A stretch of 64,000 nucleotides of DNA from assembly GCA_963748625.1 (NCBI GenBank), contig CAVVJT010000010.1, positions 416,001 to 480,000 on the forward strand, written 5' to 3'. The stretch's first letter is position 1, and each line of letters starts with the position of its first letter. The position numbers were made by a program, and so were the translations under genes. The stretch comes from an uncultured Chloroflexia bacterium. GTDB lineage: Bacteria; Chloroflexota; Limnocylindria; Limnocylindrales; CSP1-4. Under the pieces are notes generated by a model. That model worked only from the letters and a program-made list of their open reading frames with translations. It was not told the DNA's origin and made no database searches. Below are positions 48,836 to 57,478 of this stretch, piece after piece.

Positions 48836-48953
48836 TGCCACCCCACCTTCCCTGCATGGCGCCCCACCTTCACCCCGTGCCACCCCACCTTCCCTGCATG
48901 GCGCCCCACCTTCACCCCGTGCCACCCCACCTTCCCTGCATGGCGCCCCACCT
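48836..48953. repeat. 42-bp tandem repeat (~2.8 copies) running into element B2
   Basis: TGCCACCCCACCTTCCCTGCATGGCGCCCCACCTTCACCCCG repeated exactly. Confidence 0.9.
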
Positions 48954-49053
48954 GGGGCCGAATCCAGACCTGTTGAGCGTGGTCTGTGTGAGAAACCCGG
49001 GGTTGCGTGCGCGGCGCGTGCGGGAGGCGGTGCGAAACGGCCCCCAGGTGGGG
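48946..49053. repeat. Family B palindrome-bounded element (108 bp), copy 2, inverted relative to copy 1
   Basis: CCCCACCTGGGG ... CCCCAGGTGGGG (perfect 12-bp inverted repeat); aligns to the reverse complement of 2883..2991. Confidence 0.75.
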
Positions 49054-49137
49054 CGAAGGGCGGCAACTGGCGCCATCGGGAAGCGGGTGCGGCCACTCGT
49101 GGCCCGGGGCTGCCCGTGGCGGCCGACCCGCCGAGGC

Positions 49138-49180
49138 TTGACGTAATCGGTTGCACTGCCTACTCTACGAAATCGATTAC
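49138..49180 (+). promoter_or_regulatory. Sigma70-type promoter of the LacI gene overlapped by two operators
   Basis: TTGACG-N17-TACTCT with GTAATCGGTTGCA (49143) and GAAATCGATTAC (49169). Confidence 0.75.
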
Positions 49181-49275
49181 TCCGTCGCCGGGGAACCGCG
49201 CGACCCGATCCGTCATGTGGAGACGACAGGCCTCGTGGACACCGGCTCGAACCCCCCGACGACCGGATCCCTCCC

Positions 49276-50319
49276 GTGGTGATCGATCGGAGTGCCCCGG
49301 CCACCATTCGTGACGTCGCCGAGCGCGCCGGCGTCTCCACCGCCACCGTGAGCCGGGTGCTGGCGGGCATCGGCAACCCCAAGCCGGACACCGCGGCCGC
49401 TGTGATGGCCGCCGTCGAGGCGCTCGACTACCGCCCGTCCGGCGTCGCCCGCTCCCTGCGCATGAAGCGGACGCGGACGCTGGGCCTCATCGTCACTGAC
49501 ATCCAGAACCCCTTCTTCCCCGAGCTCGTCCAGGCCGCCGACCAGGCCGCCCGCGATCTTGGCTACTCGATCATCCTGGGGTCCGCCGCCTACGACGAGC
49601 ACCGCGCGGTCGAGTACCTGGACCTCATGGTCGACCGGCGCGTGGACGGCCTGATCATCGCGTCCTCGCAGGTTTCGGAGGAGAGCTGGCGCTGGCTGGC
49701 CAACTCCCCCGTCCCCGTCGTGGTCGTCAACGCGGAGCCCGCCGGCGTGCCGATCACCGTGGTCACCAGCGACAACGCGGCTGGCGCGCGGATGGCCGCC
49801 GAGCACCTGCTCGGGCTGGGCCACCGCAAGCTCGCCTACGTCCGGGGGATGGAGGCGTTCAGCGCGGACGTGCCGCGCTTCCGCGGCTTCCAGGACGCGT
49901 GTCGTGCGGCCGGCGTCGCCGACGAGGACCTCTTCGTCATTCGGGGTGACGCGGGCTTCGACGGCGGCGAGCGTGCCGCCACCGACCTCCTGGCCGCGAA
50001 CACCGGCGTCACCGCCATCGCCTGCCACAACGACCTGACCGCGATCGGCGTTCTGCGGGCGCTGCGCAGCGCGCGCGTGCGCGTGCCGGATGAGATCAGC
50101 GTGATCGGTTGCGATGACATCTCGGCAGCGTCCTGGGTCGTGCCGGCCCTGACGACCGTTGCCCAGCAGAAGGCCGAGATGGGCAGGCTCGCCGTTGAGC
50201 AACTGGCCACCATGCTCGACCACCCGGACGACGCCGGGGAACCCGGGACCACCCGCGTCCCCATGGTTCTCCGCGTCCGCGAGTCAACCGGCCCAGCCCC
50301 CGTCCCGGGCCAGGGCTAA
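49276..50319 (+). CDS. LacI family transcriptional regulator (candidate regulator of the inositol regulon)
   Basis: TIRDVAERAGVSTATVSR, NPFF, GHRKLA, HNDLTAIG, LRVREST. Confidence 0.94.
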   Translation: MVIDRSAPATIRDVAERAGVSTATVSRVLAGIGNPKPDTAAAVMAAVEALDYRPSGVARSLRMKRTRTLGLIVTDIQNPFFPELVQAADQAARDLGYSIILGSAAYDEHRAVEYLDLMVDRRVDGLIIASSQVSEESWRWLANSPVPVVVVNAEPAGVPITVVTSDNAAGARMAAEHLLGLGHRKLAYVRGMEAFSADVPRFRGFQDACRAAGVADEDLFVIRGDAGFDGGERAATDLLAANTGVTAIACHNDLTAIGVLRALRSARVRVPDEISVIGCDDISAASWVVPALTTVAQQKAEMGRLAVEQLATMLDHPDDAGEPGTTRVPMVLRVRESTGPAPVPGQG

Positions 50320-50361
50320 CCATTCCCAAACCGGTCCCCGTACGGGGCCTCGCATCATGGA

Positions 50362-50374
50362 GCAATCGATTACA
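50362..50374. promoter_or_regulatory. LacI-type operator overlapping the start codon of the IolE-like gene
   Basis: GCAATCGATTACA(TG). Confidence 0.7.
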
Positions 50375-51273
50375 TGTTCCGCATCGCCAATGCGCCGTGC
50401 TCCTGGGGCGTCATCGAGGGCATCGAGGGTGACCGCGCCGGCTGGGTCCGGGTCGTGGATGAGATGGCCGCGGCCGGCTACGTCGGCACCGAGCTGGGTG
50501 ACTGGGGCTTCATGCCCACCGATCCCGACGAGCTCTCCGCCGAGCTGGGTTCGCGCGGTCTCGCGCTGATGGGCTCCTGGGTCTCGGTCTGGCTCTACGA
50601 CAAGAGCCGCCACGAGGAATCCGCGAACGACGCCGTCCGCACCGCCAAGCAGCTCGCCCGTGTCGGGGGCCCCGAGGCTGTGGTCGTCCTGGGCCTCGAC
50701 CCGTACGGCGACGCGCACCGCACGACGATCGCCGGGCGCGTCCACCCCGAGGACGGCCCGACCGAGGAGATGTGGAAGACCCTCGCCGAGGGCTACAACC
50801 ACGTCGCCCGCCGCGTGATGGACGAGGCCGGCATCCGGACCGTCGTGCACCAGCACATCGGCACCTGGATCGAGACCGAGTCCGAGGCGCGCCGCCTGTT
50901 CGAGATGACGGACCCGTCCGCGCTGGGCCTGTGCCTCGACACCGGCCACTGGACGTTCGGCGCCGGCGGCGACCCGGTTGCGGCCGTCCGCGAGTTCAAG
51001 GACCGCGTCTGGCACGTCCACTTCAAGGACTGCGACAAGGCTGTGGCCGAGGCCTCGCGCGCCAACGGCTGGTCGGGCCCCGAGTCGGTCGGCCAGGGCG
51101 TCTTCTGCGAGCTGGGTACGGGGTCGGTGGACTTCCCGGCGATGCTCAAGGCGCTCGAGGAGATCGAGTACACGGGCTGGATCGTCGTGGAGCAGGACGT
51201 GCTCCCCGGCATGGGCAACCCGGGCCTCAACGCCATCCGCAACCGCGAGTACCTCAAGGGTCTCGGCGTCTAG
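50374..51273 (+). CDS. IolE-like TIM-barrel protein, close paralog of 35805..36704
   Basis: [37 protein letters not shown]. Confidence 0.87.
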   Translation: MFRIANAPCSWGVIEGIEGDRAGWVRVVDEMAAAGYVGTELGDWGFMPTDPDELSAELGSRGLALMGSWVSVWLYDKSRHEESANDAVRTAKQLARVGGPEAVVVLGLDPYGDAHRTTIAGRVHPEDGPTEEMWKTLAEGYNHVARRVMDEAGIRTVVHQHIGTWIETESEARRLFEMTDPSALGLCLDTGHWTFGAGGDPVAAVREFKDRVWHVHFKDCDKAVAEASRANGWSGPESVGQGVFCELGTGSVDFPAMLKALEEIEYTGWIVVEQDVLPGMGNPGLNAIRNREYLKGLGV

Positions 51274-51315
51274 GACGTCGTCGCCTGCGGGCGCGCCCGG
51301 TTGCCGGATTCCATA

Positions 51316-51714
51316 TCAGGCGGGCTGGGCGCCGGCGATGCCGGTGAGCAGCGCGAAGCCGTCGTCCGTGCCTCGCCAGTGCCCGCGGAGCACCTCGTCG
51401 CCCAGGCGGCGTCGCACGAACCGCAGCACCAGCACCGCGACGACCACGTCATCGAGCGGCCCGAGGACTGGGATGAACTCCGGGATCAGGTCGAACGGCC
51501 AGACCAGCCATGCCAGCAGGATGACGAGTGCGACCCGCACGGCCTGTGGCGTAGCGTGGTCGGCGAGCAGGTCCCGCACCAGGCGTGCGATGTCCGGCAC
51601 GACCCGCGCGAGCTCGCCGAGGCGCACGTCCCGCGGCCGCGCGATCCAGAGCACGACGACGAGCAGGATCCACGCCGCGACCAGCCCTCCGACGATCCCG
51701 ACCGCGATCTCCAC
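51316..51714 (-). CDS. YkvA/DUF1232 family membrane protein
   Basis: WLVWPFDLIPEFIPVLGPLDDVVV. Confidence 0.9.
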   Translation of the reverse strand: MEIAVGIVGGLVAAWILLVVVLWIARPRDVRLGELARVVPDIARLVRDLLADHATPQAVRVALVILLAWLVWPFDLIPEFIPVLGPLDDVVVAVLVLRFVRRRLGDEVLRGHWRGTDDGFALLTGIAGAQPA

Positions 51715-51780
51715 GGTCGGGATCGTATCGCCGCCGCCGGCGTACGGCGGCGGACCGGGCGCGAGGACTGACGCCCGCGT

Positions 51781-52805
51781 TCAGGGTTGCGGGGCGAGCG
51801 GCAGCGTGACGTCGACCTGCGCTGGGTCCGGGGGCAGGCTCACGGGCGTGCAGGCGGCCCCGGAGCTGTCCACGGAGCCGCTGGAGTAGCAGCCCTGGGC
51901 GTAGGCGCCACTCTCGTCGTAGAACCAGACCGTGTACTCACCGGGCACCACCGCGACCGAGTACTCCCCGTAGAGTCCCGTGGAGGACCAGACGAGATAG
52001 TTGCCCGCATCCCGGACCATGACCGGGATATTGGGGAGCAGGGTCCCATCGGGATCCTGCACGGTGCCTTCGATATGCAGGCCGACCGGCATGGTGATGT
52101 CGCCCAGGTCCACGTCGGTGTCGGCCTCGGTCACCGGCACGAGCGTGCAGGCGGCGCTGCCGGCGCTGAAGCCGCCGTCCCCGTAGCACCCGGCAACGTG
52201 CGTCGGGCTCTCGTCCCGGAAGTTGACCTGGTAGGCACCGGGCACGACCAGGAGCAGGAAGTCCCCGCCCTCCTCGGTGGTCATGTCGTTGGCCAGTGCG
52301 TCCGTGTCCGCATTGACACCGATGTTGACGAGGGGCAGGCCGTCGGGTCCAACGACCCTGCCGATGATGCGCCGGGCAACCGGCATCGCGACGTTGAGCT
52401 CCCGCTCGTCGACGCCGTCTACCTCCACTAGCGAGCAGGCGTTCGGATCGGTCGTGATGCCCTCGTCGGCATAGCAGCCGCCGAGGTAGACCTTGTTGTC
52501 GTCGTGGAAGCTGACCGTATAGGTGCCGGGCAGGACCGTCAGCCGGTAGGCCCCGTCCTCGTCGGTGAAGGTGAACGTGCCGAAGCCGTCCGAGTCCACG
52601 CCTACGAAGATTTCCGGAAGCGGCTGCCCGTCGGGATCGGTGACCCGGCCGCTGATGTGCGGGCTGTAGGGCATCGTGACGTCGATCCCGTCCACGGGGG
52701 CGTCGGTCACCGTCACCGGCGAGCAGGCGTCCTGGTCGATCGTGTAGGCACCGCCCGAGCCTGTGGCGTAGCAGCCCTCGAAGTAGGCCTCGTTGTCTGG
52801 CTGCA
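51781..52805 (-). pseudogene. N-terminally truncated surface protein with carboxypeptidase-regulatory-like (Ig-like) repeats
   Basis: Repeated ISGRVTDPDG.PL...G.Y...V.PG.Y.V.F.D...GCY...AC..V units; the frame continues upstream of 52716 (QPDNEAYFEGCY...) into a 19-bp tandem array with no start codon or signal peptide. Confidence 0.6.
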
Positions 52806-52896
52806 GCGCGCCCGGTTGGCTGCAGCGCGCCCGGTTGGCTGCAGCGCGCCCGGTTGGCTGCAGCGCGCCCGGTTGGCTGCAGCGCGCCCGGTTGGC
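52799..52896. repeat. 19-bp tandem repeat x5
   Basis: GGCTGCAGCGCGCCCGGTT repeated without spacers. Confidence 0.92.
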
Positions 52897-52920
52897 GGCG
52901 CCAGGCGCAGGCGGGCGTCC

Positions 52921-53322
52921 TCAGGCCGGGTTGTCTCCGCCAAGGATGCCTGCCAGCAGCGCATAGCCGTCGTTCGTGCCGCGCCAGCGGCCGCGGAGTG
53001 CCTCGGCGCCCAGACGGCGCCTCACGAACCGCAGCACGAGCACGGCCACCACCACATCGTCCAGCGGCCCGAGGACGGGGATGAACTCCGGGATGACGTC
53101 CAGCGGCCAGACGAGCCAGGCGAGCAGGAGGATCAGCGCGACACGCGCAGCTCGTGGAGTGGAGCGGTCCCCCAGGAGGTCCCGGACGAGGCGGGCAATG
53201 TCCGGGACCACCCGCACGAGCTCGGAGAGTCGCACGTCGCGTGGCCGCATGACCCAGAGCACGACAATGAGCAGGACCCAGGCGGCGAGCAGCCCGACCA
53301 CGATGCCGGCGATGGTCTCCAC
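52921..53322 (-). CDS. YkvA/DUF1232 family membrane protein, paralog of 51316..51714
   Basis: WLVWPLDVIPEFIPVLGPLDDVVVAVLVLRFVRRRLG, nearly identical to the first copy. Confidence 0.9.
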   Translation of the reverse strand: METIAGIVVGLLAAWVLLIVVLWVMRPRDVRLSELVRVVPDIARLVRDLLGDRSTPRAARVALILLLAWLVWPLDVIPEFIPVLGPLDDVVVAVLVLRFVRRRLGAEALRGRWRGTNDGYALLAGILGGDNPA

Positions 53323-53577
53323 GCCGCGATCCTATCCCTTGGGCTGATCAGTCCCCTTCCCGGGGCGTCCCAAGCCCCGGAATCGGGCGCGCTTGGTCGG
53401 ACTGGGGCACCGGGTGCCCCGAAAGGACGTGGAACCGGGCCGCGCGGCGCCGGAATGGGGCTTCACATGCCTCGAACCGACGCCCAAGGATCGAAACCGG
53501 GGCTTCGGATGCCCCGGGCCGACCCCTCCCGCCGGGCCGACCCCTCCCGCCCCGCCGGTCCCACCGGTCTGGGCACG

Positions 53578-53613
53578 GAAACGGGCCCCGCCACCCGAAG
53601 GTGACGGGGCCCG
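53578..53613 (-). terminator. Hairpin downstream of mmsA
   Basis: CGGGCCCCG-CCACC-cgaa-GGTG-ACGGGGCCCG, then TTT on the minus strand. Confidence 0.65.
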
Positions 53614-53634
53614 CAGTACGGACCGAAGAACAGA

Positions 53635-55165
53635 CTAGGAGTTGCCCGGGAAGACCAGGGACAGCGGGCCCTGCTTGCCCGGCTCCGGCCAGCGCTCGGT
53701 GACCATCTTCTGCTGGGTGAAGAAGCGGACGCCGTCCTCACCACGCATCGCCAGGTCGCCGATCGCGGACTCCTTGGCGCCCGAGAAGCTCATGTAGCCG
53801 GCGGGGACCGGGATCGGCACGTTCACGCCGATCATCGGGACCTCGACCTCGAGCTTGAAGCGCCGCGCCGCGCCACCGTCGGTCGTGAAGACCGCGGTGC
53901 CGTTGGCGTACTTGTGGTCGTTGATCAGCTTGAGACCCTCGTCGAACGTCTCCGCGTACACGATGCCGAACACCGGGCCGAAGATCTCCTCCTGGTAGAT
54001 CTTCATGTCCGGGGTGACATGGTCGAAGAGCGATGACGCCCAGGAAGTAGCCGTCCGGGTTCTCCGGGCTCTTGAACGTCCGGCCGTCGACCAGCAGCTC
54101 GGCACCCTCGGCCTCGCCGATGCCGATCCACTTGATGATCGACTGGCGGTGCTCGTCGGTGTAGATCGGGCCCATGTCGGTGCCCGGCGTCCATGCCGTC
54201 GCCGATCTTGAGCTTGGCGATCCGATCGATGATCTTGGGCTTGAGCCGCTCGGCCGTGTCACCGACCGCGACCATCAGCGTCTGGGCCATGCAGCGCTCG
54301 CCGGCCGAGCCGAAGCCCGACGCGACCACCGCGTCAGCGACCAGGTCGATGTCCGCGTCGGGCAGGACGAGCATCGCGTTCTTGGCGCTGGTGTAGGACC
54401 CGACGCGCTTGCCGCGCTTGGTGCCTTCCTCGTAGACGTACCGGCCGACGGCCGTGGAGCCGACGAACTGGATCGCCTTGATGTCCGCGTGCTCGACGAT
54501 CGCCTTGACCGCGTCGCGGCCGCCGTACACGACGTTGAACGTGCCGTCGGGGCCACCGGCCTGCGTCCACAGCTCGGCCTGGAGCTGCGTGGCGCCCGGG
54601 GTGTGCGAGGACGGCTTGAGGATGACGGTGTTGCCGGTCATCAGCGCGATCGGGTAGATCCACGTCGGGACCATCACCGGGAAGTTGAACGGCGTGATCG
54701 CCGCCACGACGCCCAGCGGGCCGCGCAACGTGAACGCGTCCACCTTGGTCGCGACGTTCGGCGTCATCATGCCGGCCATGTGGACGGGCAGGCCGCACGC
54801 GAAGTCGATGGTCTCGATGCCGCGGAGGACCTCGGCGAGGGCGTCCGGGAAGGTCTTGCCGTGGTCGCGCGTGATGAGTCGCGCCAGCTCCTCCCGGTTC
54901 TCATACATGAGCATCCGGAAGTTGAAGAAGATGTTGCTGCGCGCGATGAGGGGCATGTCGCGCCACGCCGGGAAGGCGGCCTTCGCGGACGCGACGGCGG
55001 CGTCGACCTCGGCCGTCCGCCACGCGGCACGCGGGCGATCACCTGGCCGGTGGCCGGGTTGTAGACGGGGCCCGTCTGCTCGGGCAGGACCTCGACGGCC
55101 GTGCCGTTGATGTAGTGGGAGAGGACCGGCAGGATCGCCGACTCGCTCGCGGGTTCGATGGCCAT
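53635..55165 (-). CDS. mmsA: CoA-acylating (methyl)malonate-semialdehyde dehydrogenase (IolA/MmsA); three frameshifts (~55015, ~54185, ~54035)
   Basis: ITPFNFP, QFVGST, AKNAM, GSAGERCMA, EEIFGPV, IGVNVPIPVP, FFTQQKMVTERW across 4 overlapping ORFs. Confidence 0.88.
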
Positions 55166-55227
55166 GGGTGAGGAGCTCCTCCAGTGTCGGGGTTTCCGTT
55201 TGTCTGACTAGATGGTGCAGTGCAGGG

Positions 55228-56328
55228 TCAAGCGGTCTTGACGTCGGGGTTGGGCATCATGATGTCGCGGATGACGCCCTGCAGATCGTGATACGACTGC
55301 ACGAAGCCGCGCAGGGTCCGAACGGTGGCTCCATAGCCTGCGAACTCGTCGATGGCGAGGCCATTCGGCTCATACGCACGCACGAAGTCGGGGATGCGCT
55401 CCATCAGGTCGTCGACCAGGTGCTGGTCCACCGGCACGTCGATCCGCGGGACTGTGTCGATGCCAGAGCCGTTGAAGCGGACCTGCCAGGCGTAGGGCAT
55501 CGTCAGGACGACGTCGCCGCCGACGAGCTCGGTCCAGTGGAGCCGGTGGCGGTAGGCCGCGGCCAGCAGGCGGGTCCGGTAGCCGCGTTCCTGGAAGATC
55601 CCATAGGCACGCTTGAACGCGGCGATGCCGGCCCAGTTGGCGGCATCGGGGTCCAGGGCAACGTTGTCCTTGTCGACGAGGACCTTCATCCAGTCGTCGA
55701 GCCGGCCGACCATCAGCGAGCAGACGGGACCGGCCTTGGACATGTCGATGCCGGCCGCCTCAGCGCGCGCCAGGCCTCGCTCGACCGCCTCGGCGGCGGC
55801 GATGCACTGGGCGACCGTGAACACGACGGTGATGTTGGCGTTCACGCCCTGGGCGGTGGCGTCCTCGACCGCCTGGAGCCCCGCCGCGGTGCACGGGAAC
55901 TTGACCTGGATGTTGGGAGCGAGGGTGCTGAAGTGGACCGCCTGCTCGGCCATGCGGGCCGGGTCGCGGTAGTTGGCCGGGTTCGTCTGGAGGCTCAGGC
56001 GGCCCTTGCGGCCATCATGCGCGTCGAAGACCGGCTGGAGGATGGATGCGCCACGGACGCCCATCTCCTCGATCAGCGCCCAGGTGAGCTCCACCTCGGA
56101 CCAGGTCGGGTTGGCTGCGATCATCTCGCGCACCCGCGGGGTCCAGTGGTCCTTCTCCTTCTTCATGACCTCGGTGACGATCACCGGGTTCGACGTGGCG
56201 CCGGTGCCGCCCCGCTCGACGGCGTATGCGAGCTCGGCGACCGCGCAGGAGTCATTCCAGAAGTCGGTGGGGGTGGCCTCGACCATCCGCGTGAGCGGGC
56301 TGTCGACGGTCGCGATGGTGGTCGTCAT
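55228..56328 (-). CDS. Transaldolase-family protein (atypical), paralog of 36709..37806
   Basis: [30 protein letters not shown]; overlaps the iolB stop. Confidence 0.87.
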   Translation of the reverse strand: MTTTIATVDSPLTRMVEATPTDFWNDSCAVAELAYAVERGGTGATSNPVIVTEVMKKEKDHWTPRVREMIAANPTWSEVELTWALIEEMGVRGASILQPVFDAHDGRKGRLSLQTNPANYRDPARMAEQAVHFSTLAPNIQVKFPCTAAGLQAVEDATAQGVNANITVVFTVAQCIAAAEAVERGLARAEAAGIDMSKAGPVCSLMVGRLDDWMKVLVDKDNVALDPDAANWAGIAAFKRAYGIFQERGYRTRLLAAAYRHRLHWTELVGGDVVLTMPYAWQVRFNGSGIDTVPRIDVPVDQHLVDDLMERIPDFVRAYEPNGLAIDEFAGYGATVRTLRGFVQSYHDLQGVIRDIMMPNPDVKTA

Positions 56329-57233
56329 CGGGCGGTCTCCTCGGCTGCCGGGTCGGCCGGGACGGCCGGCGGCGCCCAGTTCATGAGCCAGGCGTGGTCC
56401 GGGTCCAGCGTGAAGTACCACGCACGGTTGGGGCCCGCCATGATGTTGAGGTAGTACGCGTCGTAGCCCGCCGGGGCGCCGAACGGGTGGTAGCCGTCGG
56501 GCACGACCACGACATCGCGGTCGCCTACGGCCATGCTCTCGTCAAGCGTGCGGTCGGGCGTGTAGACCCGCTGGAAGCCGAAGCCCGTGGGCTTGGCGAA
56601 GCGGTAGAAGTAGAGTTCCTCGAGCCTCGCCTCGACCGGCGGGTTCTCCGTGTCGTGCTTGTGCGGCGGGTAGGAGGACCAGTTGCCGCCCGGGGTGTAG
56701 ACCTCGAACGCGATCAGGCGCCCCGCCTCGGCCGCGGGCGGGAGGATGTGGTGGATCCGGCGCTCGGTGTTGCCGGAGCCACGCGTCTCCACGTGGATGT
56801 CCCCGGGAGCGATGAGGGCCGTGCGGCGGACCTGGCCGCCAACCGAGGCGCCGATCGCGAGCAGCACGCGGCCCTGCGCGGTGACCGTGACCGTCAGGCC
56901 GGGCTCCACCAGGAGCACGGGCGGCGGCGGGCCGTCGAACACCGACTCGCGCGAGCCGATCACGCCGAAGTCGTGGTCGCCCGCCGTGGCGGCCGCGTGG
57001 CCCTCGAGCACGAGGACCAGGCGCTCCTGGTCGTCGGCGTCCCGCGTGACGGTCTGCCCGGCGGCGAGCTCGTAGACGTGGAAGCTGGTCCAGTCCCAGC
57101 CCGCCTCGGCGGGGCTGAAGCCCTGCACCTCGCCGTCGGGACCGGGTACGGCCGCGCGGCGGAGGAGGTGCCGCGCGGCCGTCGATCGGTCGGAGTTGGC
57201 GCCAGGGTCCCCGGTTGTGGTGGGGGCGGTCAT
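56325..57233 (-). CDS. iolB: 5-deoxy-glucuronate isomerase, second copy
   Basis: GNWSSYPPHKHD, LEELYFYRF, PDGYHP, YLNIMAGP. Confidence 0.93.
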   Translation of the reverse strand: MTAPTTTGDPGANSDRSTAARHLLRRAAVPGPDGEVQGFSPAEAGWDWTSFHVYELAAGQTVTRDADDQERLVLVLEGHAAATAGDHDFGVIGSRESVFDGPPPPVLLVEPGLTVTVTAQGRVLLAIGASVGGQVRRTALIAPGDIHVETRGSGNTERRIHHILPPAAEAGRLIAFEVYTPGGNWSSYPPHKHDTENPPVEARLEELYFYRFAKPTGFGFQRVYTPDRTLDESMAVGDRDVVVVPDGYHPFGAPAGYDAYYLNIMAGPNRAWYFTLDPDHAWLMNWAPPAVPADPAAEETAR

Positions 57234-57312
57234 CGTGTGCTGTTCCTCCGCGACGCCCGCCGGAGGAGCCATGGGCCGCGATGGCGGCTCCGGTGTCTTG
57301 GCTCACGTTCCG

Positions 57313-57359
57313 GCAATCGATTACATGGGTAGTTTGCCGCGCGCGGCGAGTCTCGTCAA
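57313..57359 (-). promoter_or_regulatory. Promoter plus LacI-type operator of the iolB-tal-mmsA operon
   Basis: Minus strand TTGACG-N17-CAAACT followed by TGTAATCGATTGC (57313-57325). Confidence 0.7.
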
Positions 57360-57478
57360 GGGGATCGTCGCGGGGCTTGTCAACCGGGATCTGGCGTGAG
57401 CTCGGCCGGCAGCCCCCCGTAGACGCACGGACGCCCGCCGGCACGTGGCCGACGGGCGTCCGCCCCCCTGGGGCACGA

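Noticed and set aside
52799-52896. CRISPR-like array
   Set aside because: Head-to-tail 19-bp repeat with no unique spacers.
53635-55165. Programmed frameshifting in mmsA and other split genes
   Set aside because: No slippery heptamers noted, and too many unrelated genes are affected; sequencing error is more parsimonious.
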